Source of the DNA: Acutalibacteraceae bacterium
GTDB lineage: Bacteria > Bacillota > Clostridia > Oscillospirales > Acutalibacteraceae
Reading direction: 5' to 3'
NCBI GenBank assembly: GCA_045221175.1
Contig: JBGUWM010000172.1
Location: 15,455 to 79,454, forward strand
DNA length: 64,000 nucleotides
A program made the position numbers and the translations under genes. The notes beneath the pieces are model-generated. The model was not told where the DNA came from, did no database searches, and saw nothing but the letters and a program-made list of their open reading frames with translations. How positions within the stretch are numbered: position 1 is the first letter of the stretch; every line of letters begins with the position of its first letter. This document shows positions 17,660 to 27,523 of the stretch, in pieces.

Positions 17660-19456
17660 TTACTGTGCTGTTTCTTCCGATGAAGCAGTTACGGCAATCC
17701 CCAGATCGGTGAGCTGCTGTGGATCGACACCTGCAGGAGCGTTAGTCATTGGCTCGCTGGCGTTCTGGACTTTTGGGAACAGGACAACATCACGCAGAGT
17801 AGGTGCGCCCAGCATCTGCATAACAAGACGGTCAAGTCCGATACCCATGCCGCCGTGCGGCGGAGCGCCGTATTTGAAGGCATCCATCAGGAAACCGAAT
17901 TTTGTATAGGCTTCTTCGTCAGAAAGACCCAGCATAGAGAACATTTTTTTCTGCAGCTCCGGGTTGGTGATACGAATAGAACCCGAAGAAAGTTCTGTGC
18001 CGTTGAGTACCATATCATAAGCCTTGGCATAAACCTCGCCTTTGTTGCCGTCCAGCTTATCCATACAGTCGTCCGTAGGAGAAGTGAAGGGGTGATGCAT
18101 AGCAATCCATTCGCCGCTTTCTTTGTCAAACTCAAAGAACGGGAATTTGACAACCCACAGGAAGTTATAACCCTGAGGAATAATGTTCATTCTCTTGGCG
18201 CACTCTGTACGCAGCGCACCAAGTGTAGAGAGAACGAGATTGGTATCGGTGTCGGCGATGATCAGTACAACGTCGCCTTTTTCTGCGCCTGCTTTTTGGA
18301 GTATAGCCTGCATCTCATCCTCACTCATGAATTTTGCAAAGCTGGAGGAAATGCCGTCGTCTGTCATACGAATCCACGCAAGACCTTTCGCACCCATACC
18401 ACGGACAAACTCGGTCAGCTTGTCAACTTCCTTGCGGGTGTAAGTCTTAACGGCATTTTTAACGGTAATGCCCCGAACGGAGCCGCCGCCGGCAAGGGCG
18501 CTTTTGAATACGGCAAATTCGGAAGTGTTCACCTCATCGCTGATGTTGAATATTTCCATGGCATATCTTGTATCAGGTTTATCCGAGCCAAAGCGCTCCA
18601 TTACCTCGTTGTAAGTATAGCGAGGGAAGGGCGTGGGGATATCGGTGTCGAGAACCTCTTTGAACAGCCGTTTGATATACCTCTCACCCAAATCAAGAAT
18701 ATCTTCCATATCGACAAAGGACATTTCAAGATCGATTTGTGTAAATTCCGGCTGTCTGTCTGCACGGAGATCCTCGTCACGGAAGCAGCGTGCAATCTGC
18801 ATATATCTGTCAAAGCCGGCAACCATGCAAAGCTGCTTATACATCTGCGGTGACTGAGGCAGAGCGTAGAAGGAGCCTTTATGAATACGGGACGGAACCA
18901 GAAAATCTCTGGCGCCCTCGGGAGTGGATTTGATCAGCATCGGAGTTTCCAGCTCGATAAAACCGTTTTCATCAAAGAAATCACGGGTAACCTTAGCAAC
19001 CTTGTGGCGCAGCAGCAGGTTTTTCTGCAATTCGGGACGCCGCAGGTCAAGGTAGCGATACTTCAGTCTTGTCAGCTCGGCTGTAGGACAGTTGTCAATA
19101 ATTTCAAAGGGCGGCGTTTCGCTTTCGGAGAGAATGCGAAGTTCCTTTACCTCAATTTCAATATCGCCTGTAGGGATATCCTTGTTTTTTGAGCTGCGTT
19201 CTCTGACAATGCCTCTTGCCGCAAGGACATATTCCGAACGAACGGAAAACGCTTTGTCAAAAACAGTTCTGTCGGTACTGTCATCGAAAGCAAGCTGTAT
19301 AATTCCGGTTCTGTCACGAAGGTCGATAAAGATAAGCTGTCCCAGATCTCTCTGACGCTGTGTCCAGCCGCATACAACAACCTCTTTGCCGATATCCTCA
19401 CTGCGAAGCGTGCCGCAATAGTCTGTACGCTTTAAGCCTGTTAAAAATTCTGCCAT
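17660..19456 (-). CDS. aspS: aspartate--tRNA ligase
   Basis: 598-aa ORF with a class II aaRS N-terminal OB fold (VCGWTQRQRDLGQLIFIDLRDRTG) and motif 3 (GGMGIGLDRLVM). Confidence 0.95.
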   Translation of the reverse strand: MAEFLTGLKRTDYCGTLRSEDIGKEVVVCGWTQRQRDLGQLIFIDLRDRTGIIQLAFDDSTDRTVFDKAFSVRSEYVLAARGIVRERSSKNKDIPTGDIEIEVKELRILSESETPPFEIIDNCPTAELTRLKYRYLDLRRPELQKNLLLRHKVAKVTRDFFDENGFIELETPMLIKSTPEGARDFLVPSRIHKGSFYALPQSPQMYKQLCMVAGFDRYMQIARCFRDEDLRADRQPEFTQIDLEMSFVDMEDILDLGERYIKRLFKEVLDTDIPTPFPRYTYNEVMERFGSDKPDTRYAMEIFNISDEVNTSEFAVFKSALAGGGSVRGITVKNAVKTYTRKEVDKLTEFVRGMGAKGLAWIRMTDDGISSSFAKFMSEDEMQAILQKAGAEKGDVVLIIADTDTNLVLSTLGALRTECAKRMNIIPQGYNFLWVVKFPFFEFDKESGEWIAMHHPFTSPTDDCMDKLDGNKGEVYAKAYDMVLNGTELSSGSIRITNPELQKKMFSMLGLSDEEAYTKFGFLMDAFKYGAPPHGGMGIGLDRLVMQMLGAPTLRDVVLFPKVQNASEPMTNAPAGVDPQQLTDLGIAVTASSEETAQ

Positions 19457-19511
19457 TTCTGATCCTTCCTTTTATATTTTGGTTGATACAATCGGTTTTG
19501 TGTACCGAAGC

Positions 19512-20819
19512 TTATTTCATAGAATCAAGAGTTTCCAAAAGCTGAGAATTACTGCTTTCTACATAAGCGGTGAAAAAAGCGTTAAAGAAGCCTTCGTCCA
19601 GCGGAACCCGGGTTTCTGCTTTTGTTTCCATATTCTTAAGAACGGCACAGTTGTTTTCCAGCTCGCTGTCGCCGATAACCATACTGAAACGGGCGTTGAT
19701 TTTGTTGGCATACTTCATCTGTGCTTTCAGTGTTCTGCCGACAATATCCCCTTCCGCAATCAGTGAAGCATTTCTGACGCCTTCGATGATGGAAAAAGCT
19801 TTCTTTTTTGCATTTTCTCCCAGTCCGATGACAAACAGGTCGCAGTCTGCCGGCTTTGGAATATCAATGTTCTGTTTTTCCAGCAGCAGGAGCAGCCGTT
19901 CCATACCCATGCCGAAGCCGAGAGAAGGCGTATGCTGACCGCCCAGTTCTTCAATCAGTCCGTCATATCGTCCGCCGCCGCAGATGGTGCCGATTTCGGG
20001 AGTAACAAACTCAAAGACAGTCTTTGTGTAGTAATCCAGACCTCTGACGATAGAGGGATTGACACGATACTTGATTTTTGCGGCACTCAGACAGCCCTTC
20101 ACTTCCTCAAAATGCGAATGACAATCCTCACACAAAAAGTCCAGCACCTTTGGAGCGCCTGCTGCTATGGCAGAGCAGACAGGACTTTTGCAGTCCAGGA
20201 TTCTCATGGGATTTCTGGTCAGTCTTGAGCGGCAGGTATCGCACAGCTCGCTTTCGTGACTGCTGAAATACTCCTTCAGTGCAGTGGTGTATTTCGGGCG
20301 GCATTCCGGACAGCCGATAGAATTGATTTCCAGTGAGATATTCTGCACACCCAGCCTGTCAAAAACAGAGTGTGCTGCACACATCACTTCAGCGTCGGCA
20401 TAAGGTGAAGCTGCGCCGTATACCTCCATGCCAAACTGATGAAATTCTCTTTGTCTGCCGTAGTTTTTCTTTTCATAGCGGTAGCAGGCAGTCAGATAAT
20501 AGGCTTTGATGGGATATCCGTCATTATACAGACCGTGTTCCAGCATCGCCCTGGCTGCACCTGCGGTGCCTTCCGGCTTGAGAGATAGGGAGTCGCCGCC
20601 CTTGGTAGTAAAGGTATACATTTCTTTCTGTACGATGTCTGTCGTATCTCCGACAGAACGGTTAAACAGCTCCGTATGTTCAAAAACAGGGGTGCGGATT
20701 TCTTTGAAACCGTAAGCCTTTGCCTGAGCACGCATGATATCTTCAATAAACTGCCATTTATAAACCTCTGCAGGGAGAATATCCTCTGCGCCGTAAACTC
20801 TTTTTGTAATAAGGTCCAT
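19512..20819 (-). CDS. hisS: histidine--tRNA ligase
   Basis: 435-aa ORF with HisRS motifs (FKEIRTPVFEHTELF, YRYEKKNYGRQREFHQFG, GGGRYDGL). GGAGG RBS present. Confidence 0.95.
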   Translation of the reverse strand: MDLITKRVYGAEDILPAEVYKWQFIEDIMRAQAKAYGFKEIRTPVFEHTELFNRSVGDTTDIVQKEMYTFTTKGGDSLSLKPEGTAGAARAMLEHGLYNDGYPIKAYYLTACYRYEKKNYGRQREFHQFGMEVYGAASPYADAEVMCAAHSVFDRLGVQNISLEINSIGCPECRPKYTTALKEYFSSHESELCDTCRSRLTRNPMRILDCKSPVCSAIAAGAPKVLDFLCEDCHSHFEEVKGCLSAAKIKYRVNPSIVRGLDYYTKTVFEFVTPEIGTICGGGRYDGLIEELGGQHTPSLGFGMGMERLLLLLEKQNIDIPKPADCDLFVIGLGENAKKKAFSIIEGVRNASLIAEGDIVGRTLKAQMKYANKINARFSMVIGDSELENNCAVLKNMETKAETRVPLDEGFFNAFFTAYVESSNSQLLETLDSMK

Positions 20820-20854
20820 AATTTCGCCTCCAAATGATTTTATCTCGTTTTCTT

Positions 20855-20883
20855 ATTATACAATGATTTTACTCTTTAGGCAA
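20855..20883 (-). promoter_or_regulatory. sigma-A-type promoter candidate for hisS-aspS (TTGCCT-17-TATAAT)
   Basis: The reverse complement of 20878-20883 is TTGCCT and of 20855-20860 is TATAAT. It leaves a short leader of about 30 nt. Confidence 0.4.
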
Positions 20884-21322
20884 CACCAATCGGAAATTTT
20901 TCCCCGGTTCCTTGCGTTCGGGTTGATGTTGTATGTTCTTTTGAGAGAATCAGAACATAAAAAAGGGGGTTTTGCTGCGAAGCGGCAGCCGATTCAAACT
21001 GTTACTGAAGTATTGGCTCAGACATTCCTGTGAGTATTGACGACAGGTTCAGCAGCTAAAGGTGATTATGGAATGATGATCACAGCAAGACACACTTTGT
21101 AAGATGCAGCCGCATAGCAAGTGAAAAAGGAGAAATGATAAAGGCAGGACGTAATGACTTCAAGAGTTAAAGGATGATTTGATTCTATATAGAGCTTTTG
21201 CCGAAGCATGATATTTCCGTCATCGGCAGAACTGCGGCATCGTTTGGATAAAGCGGCAAAAAAATACCGCCCGGCTTTTGTCAAAGGCGGGCAGTTGCTG
21301 AGCATCGTTAAGGATTAATTTT

Positions 21323-21502
21323 TTATTGCGGGTCGAGATAGGCTTCAAAATATTCCTGAGCTTCAACTTTTTCGTTGTCGGTAAAGCCGGAGGACAGAAA
21401 ATCACAGTAATCTTCGGTACCGTAGTCACTTCTGCCGAGGCTGCCGTCCGACAGAATATAGTCGGTATCTTTCTGCTTGGCATTCTTTTTCTTTTTCATC
21501 AT
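21323..21502 (-). CDS. small acidic hypothetical protein (~59 aa)
   Basis: An internal start (MMKKKKNAKQKD) has a GAAGGGA RBS. The track ORF upstream extension overlaps the end of metA. A terminator-like hairpin lies downstream at about 21258-21297. Confidence 0.35.
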   Translation of the reverse strand: MMKKKKNAKQKDTDYILSDGSLGRSDYGTEDYCDFLSSGFTDNEKVEAQEYFEAYLDPQ

Positions 21503-21569
21503 AAAACACCGTCCCTTCAATTGATAGTATCGGCAGGACGGCGATGATTTATGAATTATTTTTTCTGAA

Positions 21570-22496
21570 TCACACCATTTTTTCAAGATCATTCAGATCA
21601 AACGGTGTCTGCTGATAAACGTAATAGTTCAGCCAGTTGGAAAACAGAATAGTAGCGTAGCTTCGCCATGTAAGCGCAGGCAATGCACGGGGATCGTTAC
21701 CGGGGAAATAGTTGTAAGGAAGCTGGGGCTTCAGTCCTTTGTTACAGTCACGAAAATACTCGTTGGCAAGGGTATTGCGGTCATATTCTGCGTGACCGAA
21801 TACAAAAAACTGTCTGCCGTTTTTCCGTGCGACAATAGCTACTCCGGCAATATTGGAGGAAGCCAGTATTTCCAGTTCGGGATGTGTTCTTACATCAGAG
21901 CGGTGGATACCCGTATATCGTGAATGCGGCAGCAGAATTTTATCATCAAAGCCTCTCATCAGCGGATGAAAAATATCCATTACACGGTGAACGTACACGC
22001 CGGACAGCTTTTCGTCCAGCTCATATTTAGGAACGCCGTAATGGTAGTAAATACCTGCCTGAGCGCCCCAGCAGATGTGCATAGTGCTGTAGACGTGGCG
22101 TTTTGACCATTCCATAATTCTGCAAAGCTCGTCCCAGTAATCCACTTGTTCAAATTCCATTTTTTCTACAGGTGCGCCTGTAATGATCATGCCGTCAAAA
22201 TACTCATGGCGGATATCCTCAAAGGTTTTATAAAACTTTGTCAAGTGTTCCTGAGATGTATTTTTTGATACATGGCTTGCCATCTGGAGCAGTTCAATGT
22301 CTACCTGAAGAGGAGAGTTGCCCAGCAGCCGCAAAAGTTGTGTTTCGGTTTCGATTTTATTGGGCATCAGATTGACAATTACAATTTTCAGCGGTCGTAT
22401 ATCCTGCGACACAGCTCTTTCGCTGGTCATATAAAAAATGTTTTCCGATTCAAGCGTTTTCAGAGCAGGCAGCCCGCTCTGTACATTAATTGGCAT
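21570..22496 (-). CDS. metA: homoserine O-acyltransferase (MetA family)
   Basis: 308-aa ORF. The N-terminus [11 protein letters not shown]...[13 protein letters not shown] and the overall length are typical of MetA. Confidence 0.9.
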   Translation of the reverse strand: MPINVQSGLPALKTLESENIFYMTSERAVSQDIRPLKIVIVNLMPNKIETETQLLRLLGNSPLQVDIELLQMASHVSKNTSQEHLTKFYKTFEDIRHEYFDGMIITGAPVEKMEFEQVDYWDELCRIMEWSKRHVYSTMHICWGAQAGIYYHYGVPKYELDEKLSGVYVHRVMDIFHPLMRGFDDKILLPHSRYTGIHRSDVRTHPELEILASSNIAGVAIVARKNGRQFFVFGHAEYDRNTLANEYFRDCNKGLKPQLPYNYFPGNDPRALPALTWRSYATILFSNWLNYYVYQQTPFDLNDLEKMV

Positions 22497-22538
22497 TTAT
22501 CCTCACTTCTCCTTATTTCCTTACTTTTCATAACCCCC

Positions 22539-22567
22539 AGTATACCACACATCTTTCTCTTTTGCAA
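22539..22567 (-). promoter_or_regulatory. sigma-A-type promoter candidate for metA (TTGCAA-17-TATACT, TG-extended)
   Basis: TTGCAA at 22562-22567 and the reverse complement of 22539-22544 = TATACT, preceded by TGG. Confidence 0.45.
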
Positions 22568-23074
22568 GGTGCGGTGCGTGACCGGCGGAGTGCCTCCGCT
22601 GTCAAGTCCGCCCTCGTTCGCTTACGCTCACTCACTTATTGAAAATATGTATCTTCTATTCCGCAGGCATTCGGCACGGGCAGCGGCAATCAGTCGCTGC
22701 CATTTACGCTTTCCGCCGTCGCAACCCCAAAGGGCTGCTTGTGGCTGTTTTTTCTGAAAGTGCATATTCAGTTTACGCACTCACTTCACTGTGCCTGATT
22801 TTGTGCAAGTAATGTTTTTTTGAATACTACCTGACCGCACAGGAAGATTGAAGAAGTTCTCGATATACTTCAATAACCGGACAAATGAAAAGTTTCGCAC
22901 AAGCCTTTTCAAGGCGAGAAAGATTGTGAAGAAATTTGAAACCCTTTGCAACCCGATGATGAAAAATATATTGCGCAGGGCAATGATGAAAGGAGGGGGA
23001 GATACAGACGTAAAGACAAGCTTGCAGATGATGGATGCTGTACTTTGTTGTATGGTGCTGACGAAGGTATCGGA

Positions 23075-23473
23075 TTATTTTTTTCGTTTAACGGGTGGAG
23101 CGTCATTTGGCAGAGGATACTCCTGCTTCAGGCGGGAACGGTACAGTTCGTTTTGCTGACGGAGTTTTTTGTTTTCCAGACGAAGTTTTTCGTTGATATC
23201 CTGCTGCTTATTGATTTCTTCCAGATATCCCACAAGCTGGTGGCGCAGTTCGTTTGTGCCGGATTCGTTTTTTTGCAGAGAATCGCAGCAATTCAAAGCT
23301 GTCAGAATAGCGGCAGCGGTTACAGAGGTTTTATTACCCTGACAAATCTCTTTGATACTGGCGTCTACCTTTGCGGCAAGACGCTTGGAATAAGCTTCGT
23401 CCTCAGAAGAAAGAACAGTAAACACATTGTCTGCGATAACAAGCCGGATTCTTTTTTTATTTTGCTTCTCCAT
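23075..23473 (-). CDS. zapA: cell division protein ZapA
   Basis: About 132 aa with an N-terminal ZapA-like fold segment (IRLVIADNVFTVLSSEDEAY...AAILTALN) and a C-terminal coiled coil. I prefer the ATG at 23473 over the GTG at 23482. Confidence 0.75.
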   Translation of the reverse strand: MEKQNKKRIRLVIADNVFTVLSSEDEAYSKRLAAKVDASIKEICQGNKTSVTAAAILTALNCCDSLQKNESGTNELRHQLVGYLEEINKQQDINEKLRLENKKLRQQNELYRSRLKQEYPLPNDAPPVKRKK

Positions 23474-23676
23474 AGAGTTCACCCCGGAATATTCAAGCTG
23501 ATGGTTTGTTTTTTATTATAGTATATTTTTGCGTTTTAGAAAAGTAATTATTTGCGATTTTTGTTCTTTTTTTCGAAAAAATGTCTTTGTTTGGCAAAAA
23601 AGGAGATTTCAGGAAAACTTTATCACTTGATGTGTGATAATTGCTGCGGATTTGGGGCATTATTTTCATTTTTCGG

Positions 23677-23705
23677 TTGAAATTTATCAGGAGATGGGTT
23701 ATAAT
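23677..23705 (+). promoter_or_regulatory. sigma-A-type promoter candidate for glgP (TTGAAA-17-TATAAT)
   Basis: TTGAAA at 23677-23682 and TATAAT at 23700-23705. Confidence 0.5.
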
Positions 23706-23772
23706 AGAATCTGAATTGTTAAAGCTCATAGAGAGTTAGCGTTCTTTTATGAAAAGAGAGGGGAATTATTCC

Positions 23773-26181
23773 ATGTCTAAGTCAAAACTGACGCCCAGCG
23801 AGGCAAGAGAGCTGATTGTTGCAAAGCTTTCTCACAACTTTGGCGTAACACCTGCTGATGCGACCGACGAGCATTATTATAAAGCGGTGGCGCTGGTGCT
23901 TCGTGATATTATGCGTGTTCAGCAGAAGAAGTTTGCTGCCGCTGCTTTGAAAGAAAAATCAAAAACCGTTTATTATCTTTGTATGGAGTTTCTGATGGGG
24001 CGCTCCCTGAAGAACAATCTGTATAATCTCGGTCTTGAAGAAACAATGACAAAGGCTCTTAAAGGGCTTGATATAAAGATCGAAAATATTTATGAGTGTG
24101 AGCCTGACGCCGGCCTTGGCAACGGCGGTCTTGGCAGACTGGCTGCTTGTTTCCTTGACGGCCTTGCTACACAGAATTATGCCGCTATGGGTTATTCTCT
24201 GCGGTATGAATACGGTATTTTCCGTCAGAAGTTAGTAGACGGCTGGCAGACAGAGCTGCCTGATTTCTGGCTTCCCGGTGGTTCTATCTGGCTGCAGCCT
24301 CATCCCGAAAAATCTATTCCGATTTATTTTGATGGTCATATCAAAGAGACCTGGGACGGTGAGCATCATTCCATCGAGCTGGAAAATCCCACCAAGGTTA
24401 TTGCTACTCCTTATGATATGCTGGTACCGGGTGACGGCGGTAAAGGAATCAACCGCCTGAGATTGTGGGCGGCATCTTCCGATATTTTTGATATGAAAGC
24501 ATTCAACTCCGGTGATTATATCAGAGCGATGGAGCAGAAGGCAATGGCAGAAAGCATTACCAGAGTGCTGTATCCGGAAGATAACCATTCCGAGGGCAAG
24601 GGCCTGCGTCTTCGTCAGCAGTATTTTCTTGTTTCTGCAACCATTCAGGATATTATCCAGCGCCATCTGAGAAATTACAATACGCTGGACAATCTTCCCG
24701 ATGTTGTTGCCATTCATCTGAATGATACGCACCCTGTTCTGGCTATTCCCGAATTGATGCGTATTATGCTGGACGAGTGCGGCTATGACTGGGACAAGTC
24801 ATGGGACATTGTTACCAGAACAATTGCATACACCAACCACACCGTTATGAGCGAGGCGCTGGAATGCTGGCAGGTAGATATGTTTGCTTCCCGTCTGCCC
24901 AGAATCTATCAGATAGTGGAAGAAATTAACAGACGTTTCTGCGAAAAAATGCACGCTGCGGGTGTTGATGGCTGGAAGATCGGCAGAATGGCTGTAATCA
25001 ATGACGGTATTGTAAAAATGGCTAACCTTGCCGTGATAGCTTCTCATTCCGTCAACGGTGTTTCCAAGCTGCACAGTGAAATTCTGAAGGATTCTGTATT
25101 TAACGATTTCTATACCATTACACCTGAAAAGTTCAAGAATGTAACAAACGGTATTGCTCACAGAAGATGGCTCAATCAGTCCAACCCCGGTCTGGCAGGT
25201 TTGATTACCGACCTGATCGGCGATGAATTCAAAAAGGACGCCAATGCTCTTGAAGGACTGATCACTTATAAAAACGACGCTGCCGTACTGGAAAAGTTGG
25301 CTGCCATCAAAAAGCAGAATAAAGAGCGCATGGCTCGTTACATCAAAGAAAACAACGGTGTGATTGTAGACACCGATTCTATCTTTGACGTTCAGGTTAA
25401 ACGTCTGCATGAATACAAGCGTCAGCTTCTGAATGCGCTGCATATTTACAGCACCTATCAGTGGCTCAGAGAAAACCCTGACGCCGACTATGTTCCCAAG
25501 ACCTATATTTTCGGTGCCAAGGCTGCCCCGGGTTACTACTTTGCTAAGCAGATTATTCAGTTTATCGTTGCCCTTGCCAACAAGATTAACAACGATCCCC
25601 GTGTGAACAAAAAGCTGAAGGTCGTTTACTTAGAGGACTACCGTGTATCTGTTGCAGAAAAACTGATTCCTGCTGCTGAAATCAGCGAACAGATCTCTCT
25701 GGCAGGTACAGAGGCTTCCGGTACCAGCAACATGAAGTTTATGATTAACGGTGCGATCACCCTCGGCACACTGGACGGCGCCAATGTAGAGATTCATGAT
25801 GTTGTCGGCGATGACAATGCGCTGATCTTCGGTATGACAACACCTGAGGTTAATCAGCTTCTCAAGCAGGGCTACAATCCCTCTGTTCCGTATAACAACA
25901 ACCACATTATCCGCAGGGCTGTTGACGGAATCCGTTCTGAGTTCGGCCCGCAGTTTGAGGATATCTTTGTGTCCCTTTCCACCAAGGATCCCTACATGGT
26001 ACTGGCTGACTTTGCCGATTATTCCTTTATTCAGCAGAAGGCTTCCAAGCTTTACCTTGATACACAGACATGGAACAGAATGTCACTGGTCAACATCGCC
26101 AAGGCAGGCCGTTTTGCTGCTGACCGTTCTATCCGTGATTATGCCGAAACTATCTGGGGCTGCAAGCCTGTAAAACTCTGA
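23773..26181 (+). CDS. glgP: glycogen/maltodextrin phosphorylase (GT35)
   Basis: The pyridoxal-phosphate site motif EASGTSNMKFMINGA is present and the length is about 800 aa. I prefer the ATG at 23773 (AGAGAGGGG RBS). Confidence 0.9.
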   Translation: MSKSKLTPSEARELIVAKLSHNFGVTPADATDEHYYKAVALVLRDIMRVQQKKFAAAALKEKSKTVYYLCMEFLMGRSLKNNLYNLGLEETMTKALKGLDIKIENIYECEPDAGLGNGGLGRLAACFLDGLATQNYAAMGYSLRYEYGIFRQKLVDGWQTELPDFWLPGGSIWLQPHPEKSIPIYFDGHIKETWDGEHHSIELENPTKVIATPYDMLVPGDGGKGINRLRLWAASSDIFDMKAFNSGDYIRAMEQKAMAESITRVLYPEDNHSEGKGLRLRQQYFLVSATIQDIIQRHLRNYNTLDNLPDVVAIHLNDTHPVLAIPELMRIMLDECGYDWDKSWDIVTRTIAYTNHTVMSEALECWQVDMFASRLPRIYQIVEEINRRFCEKMHAAGVDGWKIGRMAVINDGIVKMANLAVIASHSVNGVSKLHSEILKDSVFNDFYTITPEKFKNVTNGIAHRRWLNQSNPGLAGLITDLIGDEFKKDANALEGLITYKNDAAVLEKLAAIKKQNKERMARYIKENNGVIVDTDSIFDVQVKRLHEYKRQLLNALHIYSTYQWLRENPDADYVPKTYIFGAKAAPGYYFAKQIIQFIVALANKINNDPRVNKKLKVVYLEDYRVSVAEKLIPAAEISEQISLAGTEASGTSNMKFMINGAITLGTLDGANVEIHDVVGDDNALIFGMTTPEVNQLLKQGYNPSVPYNNNHIIRRAVDGIRSEFGPQFEDIFVSLSTKDPYMVLADFADYSFIQQKASKLYLDTQTWNRMSLVNIAKAGRFAADRSIRDYAETIWGCKPVKL

Positions 26182-26252
26182 TAACGGCACTAATCTGCTG
26201 TTCGGGCGCTTTGGTTTTCCGGCGCTATTCCATACTGAGAATGATGTATATA

Positions 26253-26296
26253 CTCCCCGGCCACTGCATAAAAAAGCTGTGGTCGGGGAGTTTTTT
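26253..26296 (+). terminator. rho-independent terminator of glgP
   Basis: CTCCCCGGCCAC ... GTGGTCGGGGAG stem followed by TTTTTT. Confidence 0.7.
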
Positions 26297-26593
26297 ATCA
26301 AAAGCTATATTTGTGAATAATATGTAAAATTTTCTCAACACTGTTGAAATATCAGGTAATATATGCTACTATTAAAATAACAAATCAGTAAAGAAGGTGT
26401 TGGGTGTTAATTGTGATTTAGAGTCAGTTTTAAGAACAGGCACAGTATGATTATTTGAAAAGTAGGCATTTTCATTGAAAAAAAGAAAACTCAGAAAACC
26501 GCTCGCCTTACTGCTGATGACGGTAATGCTCTGTATGCAGAGTACCACTATCCACGCTGTCGGTACCACTTTCATATACATGAGGTGACAACT

Positions 26594-27421
26594 ATGAAGA
26601 ATAAACTGTTTATATACTTGACAATTTGCTTGGTCGGAGCTTTGTCGCTTGCGTCTTGTACCAGCCATTCAAATCAAAGCGTCGAGGCAGAAAGTGCTTC
26701 ATCGGAATCTTCGGAAGAGATAAAGATAAAAGAGGCGGAACAATCGAGCCGGACTGAAACGGAAGACGTATTAACCTTGGAAAAAGTGAGAAAGATTGTC
26801 AGTGATTCTGAAACCATGCAGGATAAGGAAAAAGGCAGACTTGCTTACATTCTCGATCAGCTTCAGGCTATACAAAAATGTGAGTATGTGAAAATGCCGA
26901 ATTATTTTACAAAACGAGTATATCATTTATATGACAGTTCAGGTATTACAACCGATACTATTGAACTTGAGTTTGAAGGCACTGTAGGAGAACATCGAAG
27001 AGGAAGTTTGTTTTACGTGAATTATAATGATAAAGGGATAAGATTCAAGGAAGAGGTGCTTTTTAATTCCACCATAGAAGTCAGAAAAGGACTGACGCTT
27101 GAAAAAGTAAGGGAGATTGTTAAACAGTCCGAAACAGAAGAAGCGATTCAGGAATACAGATATCAAGCTAAGTATGTTTTCGAGAAGCTGCTGGAAATTG
27201 AAAATGAACCGGGGGTTCAGAGCTACGATCATGAAACTTACATAACCTTTATTTTAGAATCTGATTCAATGACAGAAACCCCACTGATTGCTTATAAGGA
27301 GCCATTCAAATCTAATTTGGCGGATCCGTATGACGGAGATACGGTTTTGTATTATGAAACAATAGACGCACATCATAACATTTTGACAAGAGAGCTTTTT
27401 TACGAGTCTAAGAAAGACTAA
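26594..27421 (+). CDS. putative lipoprotein, unknown family (internally duplicated module)
   Basis: Signal peptide with lipobox LASC. Two LTLEKVR.IV..SET-initiated modules. Paralog of 27524..28354. The DNA is visibly AT-richer than its surroundings. Confidence 0.6.
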   Translation: MKNKLFIYLTICLVGALSLASCTSHSNQSVEAESASSESSEEIKIKEAEQSSRTETEDVLTLEKVRKIVSDSETMQDKEKGRLAYILDQLQAIQKCEYVKMPNYFTKRVYHLYDSSGITTDTIELEFEGTVGEHRRGSLFYVNYNDKGIRFKEEVLFNSTIEVRKGLTLEKVREIVKQSETEEAIQEYRYQAKYVFEKLLEIENEPGVQSYDHETYITFILESDSMTETPLIAYKEPFKSNLADPYDGDTVLYYETIDAHHNILTRELFYESKKD

Positions 27422-27523
27422 GTCATAGTCAAATTGTCCCCGACAACTGCACGACAATGTGGCGGTCGGGGATGCCAGAAAGAAATGATGATATTGTAAT
27501 TTCCTAAAGGAACGGTGATTGTT

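Noticed and set aside
20820-21060. T-box leader upstream of hisS-aspS.
   Set aside because: I looked on the minus strand for the conserved T-box sequence (AGGGTGGNACCGCG-like) and a specifier-loop/terminator arrangement and found none. A near-consensus promoter sits only about 30 nt from the RBS. An Infernal scan would be decisive.
21066-21305. 79-aa minus-strand ORF and possible small RNA between the terminator at about 21258-21297 and the hisS promoter.
   Set aside because: The translation is not protein-like and no promoter/terminator pair is convincing. The second hairpin near 20960-20990 has its T-run displaced from the stem.
22497-22850. SAM (S-box) riboswitch or Met T-box upstream of metA; also short direct repeats TTACGC(T)CACTCACTT at 22622 and 22773.
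   Set aside because: No S-box core (GAGGGA...GGTGCCAA-type) or T-box sequence is seen, and the promoter candidate leaves only a ~45-nt leader. The 14-16-nt direct repeats are too short and isolated to support an insertion call.
22848-23521. Plus-strand ORFs 22848-23159 and 22946-23521.
   Set aside because: They are antisense to zapA or lie in its downstream region, with low-complexity translations and no RBS.
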